Assembly (NCBI GenBank): GCA_020536535.1
Contig: JAHLWZ010000806.1
Location: 69,981-133,980 of the forward strand
DNA: 64,000 bases
Origin: Pelomyxa schiedti
Taxonomy: Eukaryota > Protista > Evosea
Direction: 5' to 3'
The translations under genes and the position numbers were made by a program. The notes beneath the pieces were generated by a model. The model did no database searches, was not told the origin of the DNA, and saw only the letters and a program-made list of their open reading frames with translations. Shown here one piece after another: positions 51,700 through 64,000 of this stretch (positions are counted from its first letter, which is position 1; every line of letters begins with the position of its first letter).

Positions 51700-54600
51700 A
51701 TGGCAGACGTGCGTTTTTTTTTTCCCCAGTGACACCACTCCCCTGCCACATGTCACAGCTGCGCACGTTAGATTCTTTTGTCATTTTTTAACATTAATTC
51801 CAGCACGACGACTCGGCACACAAACGCAAAAGGGGACACACAAAGTCAGTGCACAAAGAGGATACGGAAAATGGTGACCCGGATTGCCCCTCCCCTACTA
51901 CAGAGAAAGCACCAACACCTTCGTCATCTACTGCCACAAGCACAGCTCCTGCAGCGTCAATGGCGGCAGCAACTACTACCACCACAACATCAACTGCTAC
52001 CGCTTCGGCGACTACAACTGCTGCGGCTCCTGTAGAACTTCCTGGCTCCCCCATAGAAAGTAGTGTTCCTGTTTCATTGTGTGACAATGCTGAGGAAGAC
52101 TGCATTGAAGTGGATGCCCTGGATTCATCACAGATTGCACTTGTAAGTACCTCTGTCATTCTAAATATAATTCCTGTTCTGCCATCCTCTGGATTTGTCA
52201 TTAATATTCCACTTTTTCAGTCCCATATTGTCTCCATGCGAGCTCTCCTTAGATCCAGCAGCAGGGTTCTTCCTGAAGACAGTGCAAGGGCTTCGTTCTC
52301 CACTATGCAGGTTCGTACATATAAACTAACAAAAAATATAACACAAACTAGACCATTGGTGGTTTCTTTACTCTGTGCAAAGTTAAAGGATCACTGCTTG
52401 CGAATATAAAACTTAGCTATGACAAGCATTATCTAATGATCTCCCCTGTTGTAAAAGCGGGAAGTGACTATAAATTCACTGTCATGCCCAACTGTACAGT
52501 CTCTGTAAAAATATCCATTAAATTGACTCTACTGTCTTGAAAGATCCAAAACTGGTACTTCTTGCCCATGTAGTTGAAATCTTGCAAGGACAATTCAATC
52601 CCTCGTTCTTGAAATGCGGACAAGAAGAAAAAGTGGACTGTTCCTTCAGTCTTATATGCAAAAAGTAACCGCCTTCCTTTTTCTTTTTTTTTTTGGGACT
52701 TAACAGTCGCCAGCGGGGAGACATTCGATCTCGTTGCGGAAAACAAAGCAGCCAAAATGCAATGGGTCAATTCCCTCGAGAAGTTGATTGACTCTACCCT
52801 CACACCGATTCTGCGCTTCATTGATAGTGCATGGCGTTCAGAAAGCTTCACCTGGATAAATTTTGAGCAAACATTGCAGTTACTGCAGAAATTGTATGAA
52901 ACACTCTAACCTCAGACTCAAGTTGAACCCACTTTCCCTAGGAACTTCAAGCCAGCCAAGAATTCCCTCAAAACTCGTTTCAATGTTATCATTCTCCTTT
53001 CCTATGCAATTTCTGAAATTTGAAACAGGAGGTTGCTGTAGATAAGCCTGGGTTTATCAATTATGCAAATTTTCGGGTCTTGATTATATCCCTTCTTAAT
53101 AGAAGGGAGATTGCTGAGTGTTTCAGTAAGCTCACCAATGCTGGGAAAAAGCCACTAGGAGCTGCTGAAATACTGGAATTTCACAAAACCTGCCAGAGTG
53201 AGGTTATTCACCTCGTTCTGATTTCCTTATGAAGTAATATGGACCACCAGACTGAAGACTTCACACCTGAGGATGCTGCCGTTGTGATACGTCGTTTTGG
53301 TGAGAATCGGGATGACCACGGGGCACCCGTGATGCCTACGCAACTTTTACTTCATGAATTTGAAGCCTACCTTTTATCGAAGCATAATTCTATCTTCCAT
53401 CCTGCTATGTCCCAAATTCATCAGGTGTTGTCAACTCATCCAATTCTCTGGTAACTTACCCTTCATAGGACATGACAGCACCACTGACTTTCTATTATAT
53501 CAATGGATTTACTTCCTTCGCCACACCCGAAGGTTACTTCCGCTTCCTGAAGAAGGGAAACGGTCGTTACCTTGAAAGTTCGTTTCCAACCACTATTGTC
53601 TTTTATTGATTTCTGTCAGTTGTAATACTTGATGGAAAGGAGGAATATGTAGATGAAATCCTGAGACTTGTTAAAGAATTTGCCTTCAAAATTAACCCGT
53701 AAGCAGAACCATCGTACTTGCAGTCAATTTATTTTTTCCAACAGGTTCCCTGTTATACTGTATCTCAGAATCAAATGTGGCGAAAAACAGCAAGTTAGTC
53801 CATTGTCAGAAATTCATTTTCTGTTAATTTGGCCTATTGTAGGAAAGACTTGTCTCCTCACTGAAAACCATTCTTGGGGATTCACTTGCAAAACCCCTGT
53901 GTGAGGCAAAACCTGATTTGAAATACCTGCCTTCCCCAGCTGCCCTAAAAAACCGTGTATTATTAATGGTGGATAGTGTATAGCGACCGATGTTTGTATT
54001 GATCGTCATTTTTAGGGTAAACTGGATGACGTAACTGAAGATCTCGGAAACATGCTCTTCCTTCATGCATGCACGCCAGCCACTTTTCCAGAGGATTTAG
54101 GTAGTTCCCTGCTTTCAAGTTGAATTTTCCCAACATTTGTCGTATAGATGTTGCAAGGCCTTGGGATGTTTTACTCATTGCACAGAAGAATTTTGATAGA
54201 TTTGAACCCTCGAAGTTGATAGAATATCCTTTTTCCCCATTCCATTGCCTCACTATGCGGTCCCTTAACCTCTCACAAACATTCCAGACGATTTATCACG
54301 CAAGTTCGGCCATCAAAGAAATGGCCTCCACTGGAGCCGTAGGCCTTATGTGTTCACTACTTTTTTTCTGACTTCGACAAAGTTGTTCTGCATGGGCCAG
54401 TGGCATACAACTGGCACCTGTGAGTCCCACTGACTTCACTGCATCTCTGGCCGAAGGCAAATTTATACTGAATGGAGGCTGCGGGTATCAAAGGAAACAG
54501 TGGTTTATGACACTGGACCCAATATCTTTTGAGGATGTTGTAAGCTACCCCAGTGCTGCGGCAATCAACACTGTGAACAGTTTAACCGTTGAGGTTAGTT

Positions 54601-56699
54601 ACTTAATATTTTTTTTTTCTGCATTTAAACTTCAAAATTAGGTCCTAAGTGCCAGAGTGCTCCCAAAATCTGAAGGAGGAGAGGCACGAACAGTCAATCC
54701 ACTTGTTGAATTGGAACTGTTTGGCGATGCAGATGACCACAGACAATTTAGAACAAAGCCAATTGGTATCTTATTTCCACTGAAAACATATTTGTCACCT
54801 CTAAAAAGTGAGCAATGGATTTAACCCGGAATGGATGGGAAAATGTGAACCTTTTGTTTTTCCTTTGACTGCCAGTTCCCACGCAATGCTTCTCATAAGG
54901 TAAAAAAAAAGTACGGCTACAACTAGCTAATCGGGAATCAGAATAATGGATGGAGCAGTGGGTCGTGAGCTTGCACACTATTCATTGCCCGTCAATTGCA
55001 TTCGCCCTGGATTACGTGTAGTGCACCTCAAGAGCTTTAAAGGAAAGCTACCTCCTCCCTGCACACTATTTCTCAGGTTTGATGCTGGGGAAAAAGTATA
55101 TTTCCTCACTTATCTCCAGAGTTGCCATTGATGTCAACAAGACTCCGAGGTACCCGTTGTGTGACCAACTGGAGCCACTCCCCAAGGTATCATCTACAAG
55201 TTCTTCGTTTAGAACGTAACAACAAGAAAGAAACTATTAGCTTTTTCGAGCCGTGCCAGGTTATTGGGTAAAATTTTTGGCCCAGATGAATTCAGTGAAC
55301 CTGGAAGGAAGATACCCGATACAGGTGTTTTTGCACGAGGAATCTCTACCTATCCCATTGATAGGAAAACAAAGGCCCAGGTTTATGCAAAAAGTTCCGT
55401 ATGAAAACGCTTCTAACAATGCATCAGTTGGGAAGTCCCATTTGCGATCAGTATGCAGTAGCCTGCTTCAGTGACAGGACAGCCTATTGCATTGCTGATG
55501 GGTGTATGTCTCCTCCCTTTCACAAAAATTGATTAATTAAACTTAGGCAACTGGGGGCCTGCTCCAAGAGAGGCCGCTCAAAAAGCAACAGCCACTTTTG
55601 TGCAAGTAATGGAAGAAAATGTGTAGTATGTCTTGCCCCAATTTCAGCTTTTCAACTTACTTTCCATTGCAGTAAACAAAAGACTATCCGAGACATGGGA
55701 CAATTACTTGCAAGGGCGTTAGTCTGTGCGAATAGGGCAATCTCTGATGGAATGTCAATAGGGTACAACATTGTGAAACCTTGGCAATGTTCACATTCAA
55801 TAGTGAGAGTGCTGGAACAACAACTTTCCTCGGAGGAGTTGTGATTCCCTATGGAGAGGCAGATGTGTCTTCGGGGCATAAACGAGCCAGCTGGTGCTGT
55901 TTGAATCTCTCTTTGGGTGATTGCAAGGTTTGAGACCTGTCAAGAGCCATTCTGAACAACTCTTTACAGATATTCTGCTGGAGGGCCAAAGACAAAAAAG
56001 TCATTGACATAGGTGGGACAGCCCGTGGCAGCATGGACGGCACTGATCCTGGTGGCAGATTGGGTCCGTACAAGGAGTTCCTTAAGCCAGACCTGAGGAA
56101 CTTGCGCATGCACCATTCTGATGTCTCCACTGGGGATTTGCTGATTCTTATGAGGTAAAATTTATTCCCAACCGTAATTCACGGTTCCTTTGCCCAGTGA
56201 TGGTATTCACGATAATTTTGATGCTCCTTCCCTTGGTATGAAGCCAAAAGATGTTGACCCCACGAACCTTGCCGATTTCACTGCTTGGGATGTTGCATAC
56301 AAGGCGAAGCCTGAAACAACACTCGGAGCACAGCAACGCTATATGTAACTCTAAACATGAGATTTACCCTTTCTCAATCCTGCACTAGGGTCGCGAATAT
56401 AAATAAATTCACCTCCAGTCTCTTGGAGAAGTTTGGAGGAAACATTCCGGAACCCGAGATTGTTACAAATGCCTTCATGGATTACTGTTACAGGCTTACA
56501 AGCGCCAGCCGGTATTCCCCCACCAATACTTTCGTTCATTTCCAGCTCACACTCACATAGAGACTTTATGGAGAACAATCCCAGGACCAAGCTCCCAGCT
56601 GACTACACGAGGTTTCCTGGCAAACTTGACCACACCACTTGTGTATGCATAAAGGTAGGTCATGTAAAGCCACCAAAACCATCCACCTCTGGTTCATAA
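51700..56699 (+). CDS. Phospholipase-C-like protein (PH, EF, degenerate X/Y, C2) fused to C-terminal PP2C-like domain
   Basis: PH (CSFSL..TFDLVAENK...QWV), HQDMTAPL, FAFKINPFPVIL, LPSPAALKNRVL, GKFILNGGCGY, C2 (NPLVELELFG, NGFNPEW, PVNCIRPGLRVVHL); then ADG.NWG, GTTT, LGDCK, DPGGRLGP..PDLRNL, SDGIHDN, PGKLDHTTCV. Confidence 0.8.
54224..54278 (+). other. Putative U12-type (minor) intron, AT...AA termini, 55 nt
   Basis: Donor ATATCCTTT and branch site CCTTAAC (54263-54269) match the U12 consensus; frame and PLC-Y homology favour the 3' end at 54278. Confidence 0.8.
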
Positions 56700-56850
56700 C
56701 ACCATGATGTATCCCTTGGGAGAGGGTGTTGTTGGACAGATCATAGTTAGACTCTTTTTTTGTATTGTGTTGAGCCTTTCATAAAAAGAAAGAATAGAAA
56801 ATATCAAGTAGATATCAACCAAAAAAAAGTCGTTTCGTAAAACACAGATA

Positions 56851-58592
<1,742 letters not shown>

Positions 58593-58871
58593 TTGGCTAC
58601 TGTATGTTGAGAAACCTCGTATTTGGTAAAAAAAAATAATGGCAGAAAACGTGTCCGGAGCTGCACTTCTTATAAGAGGCCCTCAACAGGTCCTTAACAA
58701 AATAGGGCTCCGCACATTTTCGTTCTGTGCGCCCTGACTTTTGGGCGTGTTTTTGTAAGGGGTTTTTCTTTGCTGTTTTGTAATTGTGGGGCTCTTTCCT
58801 TGCGGTAGTAAATTCAGTGTGTTGTGAACACTGTCAGCCAATAACAACAATGCAATCGATTGAGTTCCATT

Positions 58872-60433
58872 CTATCCCTCAGTGAAACTGAGAAGGGTCC
58901 TCCCTGTGTTTGAAATGGCACGAGAGAGTTCATTGCACATGGCTTTGACTTGGGCTGTAACTTGGTCAGGGTCAGTCACACCAAGAACACAATTCAAGTA
59001 CACTGCCAAAATGTGTATCTCACTTGCACAGTCATAGCAGTGATCAATGCCGGCTGAGTTCACGTTGTGTGGGAAATGGGAGGTTCGGAGCGTCGTGTTG
59101 AAGTGGTACATCACATCTGAATACCACATGTTATCATACGAGCACATGGGGAGGCAGTGAAGGCTCTGCTGAGAGGTTGGAGTTGTTTGGTGTTGTGCAT
59201 CATTGCTCGCCGTCGTTGTGGTTTCGCCTTCAACTTGCGATCTTTCTGTTTGTTGGATAACATGTGTATCAGGAACAGAAGTTAATGATGCTGATGCAGC
59301 TGCGTCGGCACAGCACGTTTCAGCAAATTGCCCACAGGAAAACACAACGAGTCGGCACTCAGATGTGGTGCAGCCACCCCACACAGGAAAGTACAGCGTT
59401 CCACAAAGGTATGTGCTGGTGCCTGGAGTGTATGGCAGTCGGAACTTCAGCAAGGACACCTTGGGCCGCATTATATTCACCCACTCCATTTGGTTGGCCA
59501 TGTCTTGTTGAACTTGTGCCTCCAGATTCGTTTTCTGAAGAACACGATGAGTATGCGAAATAAAAATGAAAGGGGCTAAAAAATACAAACCTTTCCCCTT
59601 CCTCTCACATCTGAGATGAACAGAGTTGTGTCACTCACCCCACAGAAGTGAGAGGCCTCCTCGTTGTCAAAAGGAACTTGGTGCAGCTCTATTTGCGGCG
59701 TGGCAACAGCCTCAAATTTCGAAGGATCATACAAGACAAAGCGCAAATGCGGAAACAGCGTGGCAAGGTAGTTTATGTGGCCCCCGGGCGCCGCGCCAGC
59801 ATACAACACAGTGTCTCCCGGAGATGAATACCACGACAGGAATTCTATCTCGGCCACAGCCAGCTTCCGCTGGCCCCAGTGCTCCACCGTCTTGGCCTCG
59901 CCGGTCCGCCTCTTGTAGGCAGGCAGGGCCGAATGAGGGAACCTGTGAACACACAGAACCCGGTCGGAATGACACAGAGGTTCCTGCCTAGTGCACAGCT
60001 GGCTGTGGTTCACCCACACTTGCCTGATGTGAGGGTTCTCGTTCCAGAGTGCCAGCTGCGCGCCCATAAGTCCCAGCGACGCGCAGTCGAAATGCCGGTT
60101 GAAATTCTTCCTCCTCATCAATGACAGCGTGCTGCCACATGCCCTCTTTTTTTTTTTCTTTTTCTTCTTCGTTTGCTGTGTTTTGGCGCATTTCGCCTCG
60201 TCCTCGTCCTCGTCCTCGGCTACACTACCGCTTCCCATAACTGCCGCCGCGCACGTTGTATCTTTCTCACGATCGCCCGAGTTTGTTGTTGTTGTAGTCA
60301 CTTCAACAGGTGCCGCATCCGATGATGTGCGCTCCGTCCCACAATCATTTTTGTCACCAGTGTGTGGTCGATGCAGAATCGGTGATACTCTTAGGACTTT
60401 GGGAGATGGACACACTGCCTCCTCGCTCGTCAT
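58872..60433 (-). CDS. Cap-specific mRNA (nucleoside-2'-O)-methyltransferase, poxvirus VP39-like family
   Basis: HWGQRKL..EIEFL, VLYAGAAPGGHINYL, LYDP, FISDVR, SLLKFRLPY, TSECRL, YHFN, DHCYDC; K-D-K-E tetrad present; one clear intron near 59535-59590. Confidence 0.88.
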
Positions 60434-60685
60434 TGTTGTTTAAACCAGATCGATATTCGGGGAAGAAACGTGAAGATTAACATCCAAAAAATCAGTGAAC
60501 AATGAGTACACTACGAGAGCACTTCTCGTTTGTTCCTTTTTTCTCTCCTTCTCCATTTTTCTTCTAGACTTCCCCAACGTTGTCCGTTACTGCGCCGTTT
60601 AAACCACCAAACGACGCCCATCAAACTGGCTACAAAAACAACACCCCAGGAGAATCAAAGCTTAACTTAAACCACCAAAAAAAAC

Positions 60686-62623
60686 ATGGATTCCATCCCA
60701 TCCCAGCAAGAAGAAGAAGAAAGAGAAAGCTATACAGGCCCTACTGCTATTACTATGGCTCCAGAACATTATGACCTTGAGGACAGTTGCAGTATGGATA
60801 AAGAGGGTCTTTTACCTCCGAGGGAGGAAGGCACCTGGGCAGTGCTCCAACCAGAACCAAAGGCCTCACATTCCAAAGTGACGATTGGTTCTGTCCTGTG
60901 GAATCACAGCACCAGGTACTTTCATGTGGATGAAGAAAATGGGGATGTGGTGATGGAGAGAATTCGCGATGGCTCGGAGAGAGTTGACCCTTTTGGCATG
61001 TTACCTAATGAATTGGTGCTGAGGATTTTCTCGTATCTGAGCATCCGCCAAATTTTTCTAGTTTCTGTGGTGTGTATCCTAAGTTCTGGAAATAATTAAA
61101 ATCACTGAGGAAATTCACCCAACTAATTCAGACCTGCAAACGATTCTACTCGTTATCGACTGAGACTGCACTATGGAATGAATTTGCAATTTGTAGGAAT
61201 TGGCCCACAAATCAGGACGCAAAATTCTACAGAGACCTGTGTGCTTTTTTATATTTTGCATTTCATGTTTATAGATCAAACACAGATTGATCAGAGAAGC
61301 CGCTGAAAGAAGGCGAAACGTAAGTATGCTAGATTCTAAGTCACACTGAGGAATTTTCTAGACAAAGAAATGGAGAGAGCAGACAGCGACAATAATCATC
61401 AGTTCTAGAATTTGGGAGTTTATATTTACACTTTTGCTCATTTATTCCTGCGTTGCCACTGTGCTGAAGTTTGATTCACGAATTAACTGGTCATGGTTAA
61501 CCATTCTGTGGCCAGCACTACTGTATGTCCCATATTTGTGGCTCATCTTGGTGGTATGGGGTCCGCGTTGATTATCACATTCTAACTTAGAATTCAGATG
61601 TACGGACGCGTTTTTCACAAATACGGACCATTTGAGGAAAGAATCAAAGCAAGACCTCATGAGTGCTACCGGCCTTTGTTCAACATGTGCTGCATGTCTG
61701 TATGTGAAGGTATATCAAGAAAGCGGTGCCAATTTTTCATGTCTCTTGCATCCGTGACACCCTTCTTTCCACTGCTATTTCTTGGTCTGTGCGGCGCTGT
61801 GCCGTCTTGGATTGTTCCCCTCCCACTGCATCTAGTCTCAGTGCACCTTCTGCTAACACCGTATTACTTGAGGGCCAAGGTTCTGACATGGCGAATGTGG
61901 AAGCTCGCAGTGTGGTACCTAAGCCCAATGTATGCAGCAATGTGGAGTACATTCCTGGCCTTGCTGAGTGCCAAGCTGTACAATAACACTACCGTACTGT
62001 GGACGATTGTGGTTGTTCCGCTAGTATCAATACATATCTGGCCTTTGTTTGGTATGGTTATTCTCCTGGGATTTCTCAGGAGCTGCACCAAGCTTCAAAA
62101 TGAAGCTGATGCCACTGCCATTATCTTCTTTCTTGGTCTTGCGTTATCTGGGATCTTTTGGAACATTGGAGCTTATTTTGGCATTAAATGCTGACGGAAT
62201 CAAGGACCTTCCTGTGATCCAGAGCTTTGGCCCACTGTATTTCGTCGTGGGACTGCTTTTGTTATCCTGTCTATTTTACAACATGGAGGTCACATTCCCC
62301 CACTGGGGAGACTGCTGTTAAAGAAAACTAAAAAGTTTCACTATTTGTGTTTCCCATCGCATTTGGGTACTGCAGACTGAGAGGGTCCTTCTCTCATTCA
62401 ATGGCAGGGGGAGATATGGTTGATCTATCAGAAGGATTGGGGTTTGGTCTGTTAACTGCTGATCATCACTGGGTTCCCTAATATTTGAAGAAAACAACGG
62501 ATGCAGCCGTACCACGAGTACGAGGAAGAATTCCTTCAGATTCTGGACCACATCAGGCAGAAAGTCAGTCTCCTGCCAAGCTCGGTTGGAGGTTGGCTGG
62601 CGTTTTTCGTTCCACGCATTTAA
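60686..62623 (+). CDS. F-box protein with multiple C-terminal TM helices (TMEM185-like repeats)
   Basis: DPFGMLPNELVLRIFSYLSIRQIFLVSV|TCKRFY...ALW (F-box); repeats such as LKFDSRINWSWLTILWP and SAKLYN..VLWTIVVVPL. The 3' end is uncertain. Confidence 0.7.
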
Positions 62624-62814
62624 AAACTCGCGGTACTGAAACGACTCTGTGACACACAGAAAGAAGAAAGATGTTGACTGACCAGGCTGAGCAAGAGACT
62701 GAAGAGGCGGCAAAGTTTGTGCGTTATTGACGGCTCGCTATTAATTAGTTAATGCTAGTAACTGCTTTGGCTAACTTCCTTGTTATGGGAGTTGTTATAG
62801 TTCTACACCGTCAC

Positions 62815-64000
62815 TTACTTGCCCATTTTATTGCAAATAGCTCCGTAAGATGGAGATAGCAATACGAGACCTTCCACAAAAAACAAAGCTGCAAACACAA
62901 CTAAAGGCCTATGAAGCTGAGCTATCCAAGGCCAGGAGGCAATTGCTATTGACCCTTCCTGCCACAACTGTGGTGTCTCCTGCTGAACTTCAGGTGTGCC
63001 TTTTTTGAGAGCAGTTTTAACCCACAAAATAAATTCAATCAACCAAAATATGCACTTTTGCATAGGCTGAACAGCGAAGGAAAATTGAAGAATCAAACAG
63101 AACTCTGTCACAAACATCAGGACGCCTGGCACACATAGAAGCAGTTTCTAGAGATACTGAGCACATAGGAACATGTGCCCTTGAGGACCTTCAGCACCAG
63201 CATCAGCAATTAGACCATGCTTATAACAAGGTACATAACAATGTGCACGCCTTCATTGACATTAGTCACAGCTCTATGATATCGACCAAAAAGTTGATGT
63301 GGCAAAATCTTTACTGAAGCAAATGGTTAGTCTTCCTTGTCCTTTGGGTTTTTTCTCATGTTCAATTCCAGTGGTGGAGAATAATTGGGGATACCATGAT
63401 CCAAGTTATAATCATAATCCTCCTTGTTATTTCCATTGTTGGTGTTGTATTTTTTAAGTGGATATTGCCTTTCTTTTAGTGCTGCTTCCACTTGTTTGAA
63501 AAGTGTTACCAAACACAGCACACAAGCTAAAACAAACCCTTAAAAATAACCCCGGTAACAACCAACGATACCCGTCGCCACTGGTCCAAATTTGCGTTCA
63601 AATCTTTTCCAGATTTCGACTTGGGTAGTACTTTGGCGTTCATCCCCGACAAAAAACAGCGACTAGAGACAGCTGAAAGAATTTTGTTTCTAATTTGTTA
63701 TTATTGCATATGTTGACTCACAAATTGTGGTGCACCACAGTGTTGTTGGAAAATTGGTGACTGTTGGGGTGCTGGTGGAGTTGGAGTTGGTTGTGGCAGC
63801 AACTTGTTACATATCTTGTCTTGTTGTATATCTTGTCTTGGCCAAGGTGTCTGCGGGAATTTTTTTCCTCTTTGAGGAGTCGGGATGAGCAGCGAAAAAA
63901 CCCGGGGCGGAGATCTGCTTCTAGAATTCGTTGGAAGGTTGCCCAATGCGGATGGTGCTTTTCTCTGGTGTGGATGATGTTATTGCGTCCATCGCACCAC
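62815..64000 (-). other. Unassigned coding-like fragments (partial gene or pseudogene running off window)
   Basis: Short minus-strand ORFs with hydrophobic stretches and intron-like gaps; no recognisable family. Confidence 0.3.

Noticed and set aside
58872-60433. Endogenous giant-virus insertion around the VP39-like gene
   Set aside because: The gene has an intron and the flanking genes are typical host genes; no other viral hallmark genes are present.

Overview
Compact, intron-dense eukaryotic genomic DNA with about 21 protein genes, mostly 40-55 nt introns and very short intergenic gaps. It is probably from an amoebozoan. An intronless ORF carrying the motif 'QFAALLASSHPRCGARSPAR' resembles the expanded hypothetical family I recall from Pelomyxa (Archamoebae); this attribution is inference. 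Genes in order: MOK-like kinase (partial), large NAD-glutamate dehydrogenase, TrpRS, DHHC palmitoyltransferase, REXO1-like Q/P-rich protein, large PqiA-like membrane protein, GH18-like hydrolase, ARF1, bacterial-type glycoside hydrolase, Stealth/GNPT-like protein, CFAP20, Vps41, an accessory island (near-perfect hairpin, kinase pseudogene, intronless family gene, foldback/MITE-like element), myosin-II-like heavy chain, rpS24, HAD phosphatase, Trk/HKT transporter, TMEM19, PLC-like/PP2C-like fusion, GH18 chitinase, VP39-like cap methyltransferase, F-box membrane protein. The most notable signals are: (1) two apparent U12 (minor-spliceosome) introns that need non-canonical ends, GT-CG in the DHHC Cys codon and AT-AA in the PLC-Y box; (2) a catalytically dead PLC core fused to a PP2C-like phosphatase; (3) a myosin with a switch-II E->Q substitution, as in myosin-18; (4) two large inverted-repeat elements; (5) probable bacterial- and viral-type genes that now carry introns. 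Exon boundaries were assigned by eye and need RNA-seq confirmation.
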